DNA of 64,000 bases, taken from positions 1 to 64,000 of the forward strand of contig JADIIX010000032.1 of the NCBI GenBank assembly GCA_027604505.1, read 5' to 3'. Numbering within the stretch: position 1 is the first letter of the stretch; the number at the start of each line of letters is the position of its first letter. This DNA is from Gonapodya sp. JEL0774. Its lineage: Eukaryota. Positions 61,932 through 64,000 of this stretch are shown here, piece after piece. The notes beneath the pieces were generated by a model. That model was not told the origin of the DNA, did no database searches, and was given only the letters and a program-made list of their open reading frames with translations. The position numbers and the translations under genes are program-made.

Positions 61932-64000
61932 TTAGTGGGCGTGCACGCGGGACTCAATTTCTGTGCCCTCCTCGGCCTCAGGGAGGACAAGGTTGAGGAA
62001 GATCGCAATAAATCCACTGATGCAGTAACCAGTAGAAACCTTATTGAGAAGAAGAACGTCCACACACACACAGAATCAGAGTGTTAATGTCAGGATCCCG
62101 AGAATCGCATGAAGTGTCAACTCACAACAATGCTAATAGCGTCGAGGAAGCCTTTGAGTGCCGTGTTGTCGCCAGCGTACGTGAAGAAATAAGTAAACCA
62201 GCTCGGCTTTCGAACAAACAAAAATGTTAGACGGCGCACACAAGACTTCAATGCGTCACTACGACCAATGTCTCACCACAAGAATAACTCCCAGACCGAT
62301 GCAGAAGGAACACGAAGCTTTGTACAAAGTTTGAATCAGACGGGGCACTTGAATAACATGATCTGAGAGAATTTCTCACCAATGAACCTCTGTCTACGAG
62401 TCCACTTGCAGTATGCAACTATACCACGGTTCACCAGGTAAGATTCGGGTCCTTGCGAACGGTGGGATCGGAACGAATGCCGCTACTCACGGATACGGAT
62501 GCCAGAAACCGCGACACTGCAGAACAGGAAGCTGGTCATTCCACCAAGAACCTGATGTAACAGTAGTGAACGGTGAGTACAAAATCATATGGTAGCCATA
62601 TTCAGCCAGAGAATCTGCAGGAAACCGCAACTCACCGCGTCAGGCATTGCGGTAATGCTGGCAGAAGAACGGACGGATGAGATCGAAGACGACGTCATCT
62701 CAAAACGGCGAGTGATTTTCAAACTCACAATGCTGCAAACTTGGAAAAGACTCCGGCAAGAATAAGCCAGAAGCAGCACCAGTAACCGGCTTGTCGGTTA
62801 GCGCACTTAGTGAGCGCGATGACACCGTTGTTCTTTTCCACACACAGATCGAGGTTAGTATTGCTCCAAAACACAGTTTTCAAACGATTTTGGCTCACCT
62901 GTGCAAATGTCGTGACAGGAGCGTTGGTGAACAAGGTTGAGAGGAAGGCAGCAAGTCCGTCTGCAAGCAATCCCCCACGGATTCGCTTCTCGAAAGCCGG
63001 ACCCTCAACCTCGACGTTCGACACATCACACGTGGCGGTTACGTCACCAATGTTCTCCAAGGTCAGAACAATGAAAACGAATAAGCAAGGCTGCAAAAGC
63101 GAGCACTTTAGCGTTATTCCAGTTTTGCGGAAACTCGATTGAAGTGAAACAAACCAATATCAGAGGCGCATTTATGGAAATGGGGAATGTTTTGACCCAG
63201 AGGAACGTGACAGACGGCGCAGCGTTGATTCCCGCGGTTGTAATGTATCCGGTTGCTGCAGCAATCTGTGTGACAATGGTGATTGGGTAGTTTGATGTGA
63301 ATGACATCTGGACCTGCAATCCCATTGCATGCGAGGGAACTTACAATGTAGCCCACGGCAAGACCAAGCACCACAGACGCACTCTTCATAAAGGGCGATC
63401 CGAATACCTATAAGAACGCAGAACGATCAATTATTATTTCACGATCTCACCGAGCACATCAGTCTGGGCACTTACCTCAATGAGAATAATCGTGACCCAT
63501 ACACTGAAGCCCAGACCGATCCAGTTTGAGTGTCCCCAGGGAACAGCTGTGCGAGAAGCAAATGCTCAGCAAAAATTAATACCGCAGAAGACTGTCGGCT
63601 TGCACCATACCGTTTGGGGCGGAAATGTTGGGACATTTAGAGAAGAATCCCGTAGCAGGGCGGGCGAGGCAAGGACCCGCACCACCGGCCCAGTACTATT
63701 AAGAGATCGATGCATCGTCGAGAAATAAAGCTGTTATGCGAACAGTGCTTCACATACCTTCATTCCGGTACCGGTGAGTTCAACACCAACGAGAGTCAAG
63801 ACGATACCCGACACAAGGGGTGGGAAGACTTTCTTGATGACCTTGGGGGGAAGTTGAGAGAGTGCGACCTCGATCCTGAGTGGGGGAGGTTTTCAGCAAA
63901 TGAGAAAGGTGATCACTAGAGTCCGTTCATGGGAATCCTCCTTACCAGCAGCACAGCATACACGTTCCAAGGAAGGCACCCTGATCGATGGCAGGTGAGT
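61932..64000 (-). CDS. NCS2/NAT xanthine-uric acid permease (UapA/UapC-like), 5' part beyond the window
   Basis: ENIGDVTAT, RIRGGLLADG, NAT signature TTFAQ-NNGVIALTKCANR, VLGGMTSFLF, WTRRQRFI. Stop TAA 61932-61934. Confidence 0.93.

Overview
This is gene-dense eukaryotic DNA of about 50% GC with many short (about 55-200 nt) GT..AG spliceosomal introns, so the six-frame ORF track fragments most genes. I rebuilt gene models by hand from splice signals and protein motifs. The content (CBM18 hevein repeats, UapA-type permease, Ufe1, Lcl3, expanded intronless F-box-like families) points to a fungus, most likely an early-diverging chytrid/monoblepharid-like one; this is inference. About 22 protein genes are supportable: secreted aldose 1-epimerase, RNase H, 7TM receptor, VOC enzyme, CocE/NonD hydrolase, syntaxin-18/Ufe1, MFS transporter, TMEM135-like, Lcl3 nuclease, S9 peptidase, an SfsA-family nuclease, a TM+GRAM-like+PX protein, an SSSCA1-like protein, two tandem F-box-like paralogs, a beta-lactamase-fold hydrolase, 1-Cys peroxiredoxin, an F-box/Cys-rich protein, an SP-RING SUMO ligase, a 3xCBM18+DPBB protein, PTC7 phosphatase and a partial NCS2 purine permease. 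There are also two frameshifted F-box-like pseudogenes. The most striking result is a complete 7-exon, 323-aa SfsA-family (prokaryote-type PD-(D/E)XK) nuclease gene that appears only as fragments in the ORF track and carries an inserted loop with an NLS-like RKRKR. I saw no rRNA, tRNA, CRISPR array or intact transposon. All family assignments are from motif recognition; no database searches were run.
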